Positions 1 through 12,372 of a stretch of DNA of 64,000 nucleotides are shown here, in pieces. Position numbers and translations under genes: made by a program. Within the stretch, counting starts at the first letter, position 1. Each line of letters opens with the position of its first letter. Under the pieces are notes generated by a model. That model was not told where the DNA came from. It saw only the letters and a program-made list of their open reading frames with translations, and searched no databases. This stretch comes from Tubiluchus corallicola (Eukaryota > Animalia > Priapulida), in NCBI GenBank assembly GCA_030141605.1, contig JAQGDQ010000949.1, forward strand, positions 13,821 through 77,820, read 5' to 3'.

Positions 1-1
1 T

Positions 2-604
2 GAGCAGAAAGGACAATATGGTCTTATTTTAGAGGATGACTTAGATATTTCTGTGCATTATTATAAATGGTTAAAAGCTGCAATTTATACCTATAAAGAT
101 ACTCCAGATTTAGCCAGCATCACTTTATATCGTGGGAGGCTTGTTGCCAAACCAGGTTTAAACAGAGGTAAAGTTTGTACAACATGTACTGACAGTGTAA
201 TTATATATAGACTTTTTAGTACGTGGTCTTGTGCACCAATGCCTGAGATCTGGTCACAGTTTAGAAGATGGTATCATGGCATTAAAGATAATGCAACGTT
301 TCTTCCTTTTATTCCAGGAAATGATATTGTCTTGAATAAATCCATACGCAGGTTTCATCCTAGAGGTAAAATGAATGAAGCATTTTTTCTCCATTATACT
401 GGACACCACCAACTCTATACACTTTATCCAAACCTTCCCAATAGACTAACATTTGTTTGTAATCACAGAGAACCTGGAATACACGTTAGTAAAAAATCTA
501 CAAGAGAGTGTGTGTATCCTTTAGTAAAAAAATGGAACAAAAATTTTACCAATTTTCCAAGATTTCCAACTAAAGTTAACTGGGATGGGTTCCCTGAGCT
601 GTAG
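2..604 (+). CDS. GT-A fold (GT2-like) glycosyltransferase, copy 1; 3' part only, 5' end lies outside the window
   Basis: Frame is open from base 2 (EQKGQYGLILEDDLDISVHYYKWL...) to TAG at 602-604. About 98% nt identical to 20028-20630, with 4 aa differences. Contains the acidic LILEDD motif. Confidence 0.85.
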   Translation, partial: EQKGQYGLILEDDLDISVHYYKWLKAAIYTYKDTPDLASITLYRGRLVAKPGLNRGKVCTTCTDSVIIYRLFSTWSCAPMPEIWSQFRRWYHGIKDNATFLPFIPGNDIVLNKSIRRFHPRGKMNEAFFLHYTGHHQLYTLYPNLPNRLTFVCNHREPGIHVSKKSTRECVYPLVKKWNKNFTNFPRFPTKVNWDGFPEL

Positions 605-900
605 TTTGAAGCATACTCTGAAGCTTTAATTTTAGCAAAAAAGCCAAAATATATTTACCTGTTTCATTTTGGTGTTTTGGTTTTAAGAAGTAAATAATAA
701 AAACGTCTTCTGACGTGGGCCGACAGTGCAGAAGTGCAGAAATCACAGGCTGGAACAACATGCTTGTATTAAAGTTATATATTCAATATTGAATATTTAT
801 TGGGTTAACAGTAATATAACTTGTTATGCTTATTGTGATCTTAAACCCACCCATCCCTTTATGTTTACTAAATTTAGCACCAGGGAAACATGAAGACGGG

Positions 901-1989
901 TGTGTCGGTTTGTGGGAATAAAACTAATATGTTATAACTGGTCTAGGTCAATTTAGCATCAGTGCCTCAAATCTAAAGCTCGGGTCTCCGTGAGTGTGAA
1001 CGACTAAACAGGAAACACTAAACAGACAGAGCTCGTAATTTACGAACATGTCAGGGTAATCATTTCTACTAATTTCATCACCAAGCGTTTGGGTTCATGT
1101 TGAGGCAATTCTCCTATAGGACTCGATCATTTTACTAAATATAATCATTGAGTTGTTAATCGTAAAATGTTTTCACAAACTTTGAAATAGAACTATTAAA
1201 CACCTGGATGTTGTGCAAATCATACAGTATTTTATTAAACAAGAACAAAGCAAAGAACAATTGTACAAAAAGGAGAAAATAATACCTACTGGGACCAGAT
1301 TTAACAAGTAGCAAGGAGTATACTAATATTTATATGTAGTTCCTGATGGCTGGCTCTTCCAGGATGCACCAAGGACGGTTCACAGTCCCAAATCCACGAT
1401 CCTCTACTGGAATAAGGAGGATGCTTCACCAGGTAGCCGATCCATGAGTTCTTACACGCCACAAGTAGTTTAATCTGGAATTGATGTCGTATCGCTGCGC
1501 CTCCTCTACCCTCCGAATAGCGTAACCAGGATGCTGCAGACTCCACCACTATGTGAACACTCCACCAATGGACTCCACCACTATGTGAACACTCCACCAA
1601 TGCCCCGAATGTTTCAGAATCCCTCACAGGGTGGGTTGTCAAAGAGCTCCTCTAAGCGAAGAAGTATGGCAAGACAATTACCTCAATCCTGAGTCGTGCT
1701 GGTGTTACGTAAAGGTTGTCGATACAACATTGTGCATTTAACTATTGTCTCTCACAGACCATCAACTAAATTTTGCCATTAAGGCCAAAATAAAACTCAT
1801 AGACAAAACGTGTCTCAAAGATATGACGAACAGAAGAAAGGTACCAACTATGTCAACCAGGTAAAAACGGCCTGGTAGATATCCGTTCAACAGAAAATTT
1901 GGTACCTAAATGAAGTGGGCAAGCACTAGTCTAAATAGAATGACCTTGTATATAATGCATAGTATCCAATGGCTTCTATACTGTTCAAA
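901..1989 (-). mobile_element. LTR-like direct repeat, left copy; lacks the last ~70 bp of the right copy
   Basis: Begins TGTGTCGG, preceded by ACGGG (896-900). Colinear with 12373-13367. TATAAA-like (~1335) and AATAAA (~1235) motifs on the minus strand suggest minus orientation. Confidence 0.7.
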
Positions 1990-3546
1990 GTCTAATAGTC
2001 TATGTCTAAAACACAATGCTAAACAATCGATACAAGGCGAAAAATATTAAGAGTTATGATAAGAAGTTTAAGCAATAGTAATAGTATGGGAGTGCCTTAA
2101 AGAGTTTCCAGACATTTATAATAATATGATTGTAATGATGGGGAAGCATGGCTGGACCATCACTCAACATAAGAGGATTGCGAAGAATGGGGGATGGACA
2201 TAAGTTGATGTCAGTTCACCTCGCATAAAGCAAAAAATGCAGCATTGTTGTTGTTAATCTTCTGCATTACAAACCATCATCTATCTGAAATACCCCCCCC
2301 CCAAATAGAAGAAGTTTAACCGCTATTTTCTTGTTGGGCTTCGTTTGCTTAAAAATACAGATGTGATGCAGTTTCGATACTGTGGCAAATGTATTCGCAA
2401 AATTAAAAATTGTTATGTAAACGGACCACATCTGATCGTTATCAGGTAACATGTCAAGGAACTGACTTGAATTAGAGAACCACTGTCTCAAATTGAAACC
2501 AGCTTCTTTGAAGAGTTGTTTAGCAGCACTGTAAAAACTCACTGCTTGTTCTTCACCATCAACACCAGTCAGCAAGTTGTCCACATACAGATCTCGTAAA
2601 ATCTGACTTGAAAGCTCTGTATCATGCAACTTCAGGTGATGTGTGATGGTGGCAGCAAGCATTAAAGGTGAGAAAATTATGCCAATAGCTACTCGCTTGA
2701 AGCGATATACGTCTAAATTCCTTGGCGAAAAGTCGAATTTAGTTGGATCCCTCAGCCACAAAAAACGGGTACAGTCCCTATCGCCTTCATGCAAGCCCAC
2801 ATTTAAAAAAGCTTTTTCTATGTCTGCAACCAGTACTGTATGAAACAATTTAAAGCTTAACAGTATACCTAATAATTGCGGTAGGATGATGGGCCCACGG
2901 TACAAAATTTCGTTTAATGATGGATTACTGCGCCGTGTCTTAGCAGATCCATCATACACAATCCTTACTTGAGTCGTTTTGGACGACTCTCGAATGAAAC
3001 AATAATGTGGAATGTAATGTTGTATTTTTCCACAAGTAATTTCGAGGGGGACCTCTTCAATTATGTCTAATTCAAGTTGTTCCATAATGTTACCATGATA
3101 ATGCTTTAACAACTCAGGCTGGTCAATTACTTTTGCAACACAACTCTCTAAGCGACCAAAGGCTAGAGCATAGTTGTCAGGAAGTGGTTTGTGATTAAGT
3201 TTAAATGGCCAGCTGACCATGTAACGGCCATCTCTAAACTCTACTGAGTTTTCAAATTTTCTTACAGCCATCTCATCATCATCAATTGTTGGTGAATCTT
3301 GAATTCCTAAAGAATCCTGGGACCAGAATCGCTCTAACTGATAACTACGCTCTGTCTTATCATCATAATTAGCAACGATGTCGATGCATGACAAGTGCAC
3401 TTCAGGTTTAGTAACATCTAAACTAGATGAGTTGTCAATAATCAAGTTCATTGAAGTGCCTAAACCAGTCTGAAATGACAATAATGCTGTGCTACATGTG
3501 TCATTTTCATTTTCAGCATGTGATGATCGGTTATACCACCCATCAT

Positions 3547-4316
3547 TGTCGTAACACCTATTTTGATATATCTTTCCTATGATGTTGAGTGTGCATAATT
3601 AATGATATAATTACCATATTGATTTATTGCACTGTTTTTATACTGATATAACATTGCGTGTTTTTGTAAAATTTTGACGATAGATGGTTCTGGCCGCTCA
3701 TTTTCTCTGCCTACCTGTAATTAGGTTACCTGAAAATTCGAATACCATATGGCTTCAACCTGTTTAGGATCTTAATACAGATTTCGTGTTTTACACTAGT
3801 TATGTTCACATTCTTAGAGACAAGTGCTTCGTAACCATGTTTCTATCTGCATAATAGGACTCAAATTCTCGCTCAGTAGCAGTGGAAAACCAGTTGAGGA
3901 CCACGTGATCGAAGTTCTACCTGGACTAATGGTCTGTCTGTTTGTCTGAACTGAAGGTTCTGTTTGTCACCCTGCAAAAGGACGATATCTGGCTTTATTA
4001 CTGGGAGTCTGAGGGACGAGTGCAACCAGGCACGAGTGCAACCACTGGACTGCTGGAGCATAAAGAGTGGTCCATACAGAAGTTGGATTGGTAACCATTG
4101 CCAAAGAGTTCTTAGTTCCATATAAGCTCTAAGTTCCATTTTGGTTCTGATTAAATAGCTTGCACGTGCACACAAGTGTTTCACCAGTGACACGAATTTA
4201 TGTAGCCTACACAAATAAATGATTATCCTCTAAATTTGGCATATAAAAGTGTCTCTGAAATGCTGAACCCTGAACGCTTTTCTCTGATTTCCTAACGTCC
4301 TGACTTAATTATTACA
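3547..4316. mobile_element. ~770-bp insertion between BEL protease and RT, possibly a solo LTR
   Basis: Interrupts BEL-like reading (…SCLGYIIGG… on one side, …TCSTALLSFQTG… on the other). TG…CA termini and an AATAAA near 4214. No clear TSD. Confidence 0.35.
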
Positions 4317-6139
4317 TGGCGTCACCCAGCATCAATGGATTTTTTCTGAACTGCGCCACCAATAATGTAACCAAGACAACTAGCAAACATAAAAATGTCG
4401 GTTGCTAATTTGCTCTTCTCAGCACCCAATACTCTGAAGTAATGATCATTTTCATTACTTCAGAATAAGTAATTCAGAGTTCAATTTGTTCTTTCAGGTC
4501 ATCATCAGAAGAATGGGTACCTGGTAGGACGTCTGCCATGAGACCTTCCCAGCACTTTAACTTTGAACAAATGTCAGAAGGGAGGCTAGGCCTTCGAGAA
4601 TATTGAGCAATAAATGGTACAACCCTTACATCTAATTCCAATTGGCAAGCGGTAGGACCACCGTGTAAAGTTATTACACTATCATAGCACTCAATTCGTT
4701 TTGGCTCAGGATTAGCAAATGTAGATAACATAACAGTGGATTTATTGTTCAATGGCAAATCAAGTCGGTCTGCTAGTGACTTTGTTATGTAGCTAGTGTG
4801 ACTACCAGTATCTAAAAACCCTCTGATTCTTATACCATCTTGAAGTTTTCGTTCCCTTTTCATCAATGTTTGAGGGTTGAATGCATAACATAATACTGAC
4901 TGCATGATTGTGGTTTTTGAATTTGTTTTTGAGTTCAACAGCATCCATTTCAACGCTTTGTGGGTTGGGCCGTTTATTAAATGCAGCCTTTTCGCACAAA
5001 GTGAGATTATGACGACCTAAACAAACAACACATTGTTTAGTGCAAGTATCTACAGCATGAGTTTTTGACATGCATATCATACATCTATTTTGCATTTTCA
5101 GTGTGGCTTTCTTTTCAGAAATTGACAACTCGTGACAGTACCTGCTCGGATGGCCAGTCTTACCACACAAGAAACATGGGAATTTCTTGAATCCCGATGA
5201 AGACCCAACAGGTTTGTTTGATTTGGGTTTACCTTTGTTCACTTTAGGTTTATTAGAGCCCTTGTTAGGTGGTAGACTTGATAACCCAGGATGCCCAATA
5301 CCTTCACTTTGGAATGCAATCTGTTGTTCAGTATTACTTAGTACAGATTCATGTTGATAGTTTGGTCTTCGACCTGCAAAACTCAATTTACCAATTTTGT
5401 GTGAAGGTTTCCTATGAGTTTTTCAGTAGGTGTGAGCACAGAATTCTTATTCTTTTAAATTGCTTCGATGTCTTCAACATACCACTTCATGGTTCTGATC
5501 AAAGCATCTAGTTTCCACCTTGAACCATGGGTCATACCAGAGCACATTCTACGCAATTCATTGTTTACGTTAGCTGGAAGACGCCCGGTAATTTGTCTGA
5601 CTATGTAATGCTCTTCCTCATACCCCAACATGGCCAAAATTCTCAATATTGACTCAAATTTTGCCAAGGAACTTTCGAAGGTTTGCAGCATTTGGCGCAA
5701 CTGTTTCTAAATTTTCAACCAAGTCTAGGTTTCTATCTATTAAATCATCTTTGTTTAGAAATCGCTTTACCAAATGATTCACTGCCTGACATGCTGATAA
5801 CTTTCGGGTATGACTGGGTAGAATTTCACATTTTCACAATTGACCAAAAACACTTTAAATCATCACGATCACCCGGAAAGGTGGGTAATTGAAACTTGGG
5901 TAATCTCGAATTTCTAAAGTAGGCATCAGAATTCAGAACCACTATCATTAGATGCCTGTGAAGCATGACATGCTTCTGCTGGGGAAGCATACATACTTGC
6001 TAAACGTGAAGGTGTCACTTTAGAAGCTTGAGCAATGATAGACTCATGTAATGTATTTTCCATATCACTGTGTTTGGGTTTTGGTTTAGTGTCTGTCATG
6101 TGATGATCACGTGCTTGAAGACGTTCAAGACGCTTGGCA

Positions 6140-6345
6140 ACCTAACTGTTTATTTAAAACAATTTCTTACATAGCCTCACACTAACTAATCTAAATGTAG
6201 AATGTTTTTAAAATGTACTGCTAGTTTTTAGGCACTCCTGCAAGCCGTTTTCTGACTCTGACTTTAGCACAATATCATCTGCGTACATAAGACCATTAAT
6301 TCTAGTTTAATTTAGTACTGCAGATTGACATTTTACTTTAAACAT
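6140..6345 (-). mobile_element. LINE reverse-transcriptase fragment nested in BEL gag
   Basis: Minus strand reads INGLMYADDIVLKSESENGLQECL, with the YADD motif at ~6274-6285. Confidence 0.65.
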
Positions 6346-7724
6346 TTCAGCGGCGGCAGTAGAGGCAGCATTACTGGTAGTGATGCTAGCATTGTCATTG
6401 TTGTTTTTGTTGTTGTCATCATCACTTGCATGCTTCAAGTGGTACACTTGATCCAGCTTGTCCTCTACAAACTCCCTCATTCTCTAGCCAATTTCGTATG
6501 TACTCTTTGATTCAGGATGACATCTTACATTTACTATCATACCTTCTTTGACTGCTTCGATGCAGAGGACACTTTCCCAAATGCACAGTTGGTCAGCATT
6601 TGTAGTCGCTCCCATCATAGCGCATCCATAGTTACTCCCTAGGTTATCCAGCTCTTCTGTCAGCTTCTCATACTTGCGTAAATGCAGGTTGATGCCAAGT
6701 TTGGTAACAATGATGATTCTATGCCTGCCTCATCTAATGGCAATGCCGGGTCAAGCTGCGCCAAATGTCCGATGAATACAAAGATTTGTCCAGACAGAAA
6801 TAAGACGCCCGGGGGTGTGACTTTTATCTCTCTTCCACCCAGAAGTGTGCAATATTTAGCTTTAGTGTAATCTTGCGAAGCATTGGCAGTTCAAAGAGCA
6901 TACAGATGACTTCGAAACCCAATGGAAGCAAGTTGTTACCCACGATGAAGAGTGCAACTGGTCTACCGCCAGCAAACTCATTCTACCAGACAACTGTACT
7001 TCTAGTTTACTAAATCTGTTATCATTGCTCAATGCCGTCAGTATTTTCTCACACTTAGCTAAAAGTCTGCCATATTCCTTCACAGTTGAGGACATGCTCT
7101 TTACCCCTTGTGAGTCTCGCTTATGGCATCATATTTAGAAAATTGTCGAAAATGAACCTAAGAGATAAATGGACAAAAATTTTTAAGCCTCTTCTGCTCC
7201 CTTTAAGTAACTACTCGAATGTGAAAACAAAATGTACACTCACTTGAAATTGGTCCTCTACGGATGTGCTGTCTGGTGCAGAGAAATCTTGCGAGGAGGA
7301 AAAAACACTGTTTCTTCAATCATTATCTCAAACTAGAAAGACTTGCCATCAATGGAATATGCAAAGCAAATGTGCCCATTCGCGCCCAAACACCCCAACA
7401 TATGTACACCCAGTGAATTGGCACCAACCAATGGTAGACCAATGCTGAAAACAGATCAGCCAATCCCCTCATGACACATATGTGTCACGCCCCAATCATG
7501 TCTCATCATATGCTCGCAGGTGTTTGTACATGTTTGTTGCCAGCAGAACGTGTTTGTACATGCATTTCTTGTAGAGCGTGTTTGTAAAAGCAAGTTTCTG
7601 GTAGAAGGTTTTTGCACATTGATTCATCCGTTTTGTTTCTGTCAATCAGCAGAGTTTAGCACTAAAAAAGTAAATAAAGCAAGGTGTTTTTATGAGGATA
7701 ATATTTAATTAAATAAATAAATAT

Positions 7725-8700
7725 ATGACAAAGAAAACTTTTGTTGCCAGACTGAAATTTGGTAACACCATGTTGGTGACCGGACCCAGTCGTGCCGGGA
7801 AAAGCACTTTTGTGAAAAATTTGGTCCTGTATCTGAGCGTGTCGTTCGATATCAAACCCTGGAGGATGATGTGGATATTGAGAATGCTGCCATCTGGCGA
7901 AGAAGAATTATGACAAGTGGAGTGCAGTGACGACATAAATGTGGAAATACGAGCAGGAGATTTAGTGGTAAGACCATGATGACAGAACTGACCTCCTTGA
8001 AATGGAGCTTCCACACCGCAGACCCTGTTTTGTGGTTTTCAGCAGAGTAAAGAAAGGAAAACTCACTGTATACTTGGTTTTATTAAAACATGCATGCTAT
8101 AACATGCAGGTGGATATGTTGGGCAGGCAAATATATCCGGGTAAATCGAAATCATTTGTGAATGCTTACGAGCATGCCACTGCGGTGCCATTTTCTCACA
8201 TGATTTTCGATTTGCAACTTAAAATTAACAACAGCATTCGCATGAGAAGTGCCATATTTCCACATGAAGCACTGCAGCTGGTCTTCCTCCTCCAAAAACG
8301 AGATAAGCAAAATTGCGCTAGGTGTGTCACAAAACCCTCCACAGCACCACCACCACAACCAACAACAACACTAGCAGTAGGCATGACACCGGGACACATT
8401 AGATGATACAAACAATTTCTCAGGCTGCAGGCTCATACCAGTTCCCACCAGAGGCTTGTTGAAATGGTGCCAATGGAGATGCATTGAAATTTTTAGAGGA
8501 ATGTGCTCTCAACATACTATGCAGAAATGTGAAGTTTGAAATCGAAACAGATGGATGTGTTAAAATCGCAACATACTCAGAAGATTAGCTCGACACAGCT
8601 CCACATTGCAGGCCAGAAGACACGTGCTGGTGCAAAAAGGTGGAATATTTCCAATCATATTCATCATGGCATTTTATACTTGGTGCCATTTCGGCTGCTG
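7725..8700 (+). mobile_element. Maverick/Polinton (adintovirus-like) relic: frameshifted packaging ATPase plus adjacent small conserved ORF
   Basis: Walker A MLVTGPSRAGKSTFV; C-terminal LGRQIYPGKSKSFVNAYEHATAVPFSHMIFDL…IRMRSAIFP resembles Polinton A32-like ATPases. Downstream broken ORF FLEECALNILCRNVK…ILRRLA…RHVLVQKGGIFP carries a QxGG motif like Polinton small proteins. Confidence 0.75.
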
Positions 8701-9317
8701 CATCCGTGGCTAGGACCGTGAAAAGCTTTCACAATAAAAACGATTTCACTCAACAACATTGCAGGGAATACTTTACGAAATATAAATTAAATACAGTTTT
8801 TTTCTTGCAAACACCAACGTTATTTGGAGACTGCAGTCATAGTAATTAATTTGCATCAAACACAAGCGCTGATGTGCATTTTTCTAGAATAAATAACATT
8901 TAAGTAACTCTATGTAACACACATCAAAAATTTGTTACAAAATTAGCTTTTTAATCTTTAATTCGCATCTACATAGAGTCGTCAAACCTTAACTTTAGCA
9001 AAAACAAATTTTCCTATCAAAACGTCTTTATTATGTTCATATAACTTGTCAAAAATTAACAAAATATTTTCAGTTAATATGCGTAGCGGCACCATCAAAG
9101 AGTTAGACAGCACGTGTTGTTGATTAAACACGATAACATTTTCACCTGAACTTTTAGTGTTCAACGGCAATTAGAAACATTGCGTGTTCCTCAAAAGCAT
9201 AGGAAATCTCCTAGTAAATATTCCCAAATGGCAATGGTGTAATTTTAGTAGCAAATTGATAGTGATTTAAACATATTAGTTAATGGAGTATATTAAGCAT
9301 TTAATTAATTAACAATA

Positions 9318-9647
9318 CAGTCAACCCTCGTTAAACCGGACTAACTGGGGGGTGGGGTGGTCCGGTTTAGCCGATTGTCCGATTTATCCGATATGCCTGT
9401 ATATGGTCTATATTATACAGGAATAATCACCTTAATAAGGCCTATATACATTGCACTATATACTATACTGTATATAACTATAAAATAGTTAACCTGTGAG
9501 GATAAAGAAATTATTGTACAGTTGGTAGCCCGTGTTGTGTTTAGTGCTCCGGCTCGGATGGAAATCGGTCAGTTTCCTTTACCACGGATGACGTCCGTCT
9601 TATCCGATATTCGGGCTAACGGGGTCCGGTTTAACGAGGATCGACTG
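9318..9647. mobile_element. Tc1/mariner-pogo type MITE (330 bp)
   Basis: TIRs CAGTCAACCCTCGTTAAACCGGAC / GTCCGGTTTAACGAGGATCGACTG, with TA on both sides. Confidence 0.85.
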
Positions 9648-10877
9648 TACTTGGTTAGTCATTTACGTCAGATAACCAATAGAGATTCTTCATTAGTAAT
9701 TAATTAATTAATTTTCACATAATTTTGTAATGCAAAATTAATCTTTCCTTCATTATCACCTATTATCAAACATTTTTCTCACTTTCCTATAAATCTGTGC
9801 ATGCACCTATAATTTCCACATTTTTACATTTATGTGTAATTACACCCATCAAGCTGTACTTATACTAAGTTCAACTCCTGCACACAATGTATAGTCTCAG
9901 TATCCCAGTGGTTAATCCAATTAAAAAAAAAATATTTGCTAAATTTCGCTAAACTGAATATTTCCTCAAACGAACTCGACATTTCCACTTTCTAAATTGG
10001 AGGGGTAATACAAACTTGAAAAAATGAAAAAATCCTGGGAGGTCGGGATTAACTCCTTAAACCACACAGTATCGTAACTTCTCACCTACTAACGTCTGTT
10101 CGATATTTATCCGCATATGCAGAGGTTTGTGAAACTGAGTTGAGGGTGCGAACTGTGAGAACAATAAAGCAATATTAATCATTATATATTTATAGAATCA
10201 CTGCAGTGGCACATGAACAACAATGATACTCGCCATTTCTGGCTAAGCTATCATCTTCAGAGGTTTCTTTCAATTACAAACCTTCTGGAAAACAATTTTA
10301 TAATTTTCAACCTTATTACAAATTTATCAAATTCTGTGTAGTTAGACTTTTTGTAGTCTCCATGAATTTCACGTGTTTATAAATCTAGATTCGTGAAATA
10401 TAATATCTTATATATTCTGAAGCTGGGATCAGATTTTTTAAATAATGTTATTAGAGAAACTTCTTCAAATCACATATTAGAGGAAAATTTAGGACTTTAC
10501 ATATTCCCATCTGTACAAGTGCATACAGCTTTTTCCAAATTCAGGTTTCTTGCTCTTTTCAAGGTAATACGTGATTGGATAATGTAAAAGTCAGCCATCC
10601 TATTAATCACTAAGTCAGTATAGCAGTGCTAGCTGAAGGAACAAACGATATTGCAGCTTAGGTAGAACTACAGGTAGTTGATGTCGGAATTTCAAGTTAT
10701 GCTTCTCGGTGCCTTCTTTCGCCATGTTATTTTTTATCCCTTTAATCATAGTTGAAATGTAGCACTTTATAGTCGGAAAGAACAATTCGGTAACAGCAAT
10801 TTGCATCACTAGAAGACATTAGGTAGAACTGTTTAGATCTGTTGAGAAGATTGTTTAGATAAGTGCTGCTGAATAAG

Positions 10878-11804
10878 CTATTTAGCATAAGTCATTTTAC
10901 GCATAAACACAACATCTTGTCCAAGTTCTTCTTTACCAGGAGGCAAAATACCAACCTCCTCATACATGTCTGTCCATCGCATAAACCTGCGGATGTTTTC
11001 CAGTTTTCTCAGTGTAAAATCCATATCAATGTGTGTGCCGTTTTTAGAAAAGTATTCAATTGTCATAACATCTATTTTAAGTTTATCAAAAGGAATTGTT
11101 CGTAGCACATCAAGTTCTGATCCTTCAATGTCCAGGGAAAAATAATCAATATGCATTTGGTCCAGAGCTAGCATTACTGAATATAAGGGAAAACATTGTA
11201 CGATTTGGACATCTAAAAATCCTTTAAAATGTTTCTTCACTCTCTTATCTCGGTTTGGATCAGGAGCATTTACGAGAGCTCCACTAGTTTCAGCCAACGT
11301 GAAGCGCAGTTTAGTTGTCTCTTTGTTGGGACTTAGACAAGTATTCAACAAATATGCATTTCGCTTTTGATTTAACAATTTTTCAAATGCTTTTGGATTT
11401 GGTTCAATCAAAAGTCCTGTCCAACCGCGATTTCTTTCAAGAAATAATGTATTTGAAATTGATCCATCAAAGGCACCACACTCCACATAAAATCCAGCGC
11501 TTTTCTGTTTAAGCAATTTATCCACAAATGTGGACTGTTTAACCTCTGATGTGTCAGTCACAATATCTGTTGAAGGATTTTCTGACGGTCCAATTATCCA
11601 ATGCTCTTTGATGTGCCGCAGCAGTCTTTCATTATCAAATGCTGTGCCACCATATTGTATTCGCAAGATATCTTCTGCACTTTCAAAATTGTTACCAATT
11701 TCACATGATGGTTCCTTTTTGTGTTTTTCTGTATATAAACCAATTGTAAAAAACACAGCAGAAAATGTTATCAGAATGATATGGTAATAAATGACACGAG
11801 TCAT
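10878..11804 (-). CDS. FkbM-family (Methyltransf_21, Star-like) SAM-dependent methyltransferase, copy 1; type II membrane, 308 aa, intronless CDS
   Basis: First ATG at 11804 (MTRVIYYHIILITFSAVFFTIGLY, a TM anchor). Motifs FYVECGAFDG, SNTLFLE, GWTGLLIEPNP, IDYFSLDIEGSELDVL. Confidence 0.88.
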   Translation of the reverse strand: MTRVIYYHIILITFSAVFFTIGLYTEKHKKEPSCEIGNNFESAEDILRIQYGGTAFDNERLLRHIKEHWIIGPSENPSTDIVTDTSEVKQSTFVDKLLKQKSAGFYVECGAFDGSISNTLFLERNRGWTGLLIEPNPKAFEKLLNQKRNAYLLNTCLSPNKETTKLRFTLAETSGALVNAPDPNRDKRVKKHFKGFLDVQIVQCFPLYSVMLALDQMHIDYFSLDIEGSELDVLRTIPFDKLKIDVMTIEYFSKNGTHIDMDFTLRKLENIRRFMRWTDMYEEVGILPPGKEELGQDVVFMRKMTYAK

Positions 11805-12372
11805 TTTACAAGCGCTTAATGCACAAATAAGACTTTCTGTCACACAGTTGCTTATGATGTGGTATTCGCTGGCGGTTTTTTGCAGCACTAAACGCACCAA
11901 GAGCGAAAGAACACACAAAACACACTTTACCAAAAGCGTGAGTTTTTCGTAAAATGTGAGACTAATATTGTACAAACTTATAAAGATTAGTTATGTTACT
12001 GTGCGTCGCTGGGTAATAAGAGGAACAAGTGTAAATCGGAAGAAAGTGACGTTCGGTTTGGTAAAAATGCTGAGGTGCCTTCTCAACACTTTAATCCCAT
12101 TTTTTCTGAAAACATTCAAAATGGCTTGTGAAACAGTTGACGGCACAAACAAGTATACAACCTAATCTGTTGCATAATTCCAAAGTCATTCGGAATTTGG
12201 ATTATCTTTAATTTCTATATATGTTGGCGTGCTAACTAAGGCGTTAGGTACTGGCGCACTCTCCTAAAGCTAGTATTTTAATTATACCGAAGCTTCAACT
12301 ATGAAATTAATATTTTAGTGATATTATCGAATACATATACTAAAGTAGTAATAAACAAACAATATATTATAC

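Larger units (their letters stand above)
2430..7095 (-). mobile_element. Decayed BEL/Pao LTR retrotransposon internal region (gag, aspartic protease, RT; no RNase H or integrase seen)
   Basis: DUF1759-like LPKFQLPTFPGD (~5900); three Cys/His knuckles (CFLCGKTGHPSRYC, CMICMSKTHAVDTC, CVVCLGRHNLTLC); protease FLDTGS (~4810); RT motifs VRIVYDGS, LYRGP, VADIEKAFL, DRDCTRFLW, LYVDN. Multiple frameshifts and insertions. Confidence 0.9.

Noticed and set aside
1301-1642. 113-aa ORF and its counterparts at 12712-13005
   Set aside because: Lie within the LTR-like repeat; frame not conserved between copies; non-ATG starts.
11805-11975. N-terminal extensions of the FkbM, FUT and GT ORFs in the ORF track
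   Set aside because: They start at TTG/GTG; the first ATG directly precedes the TM anchor and matches between FkbM paralogues. Upstream coding exons cannot be fully excluded.
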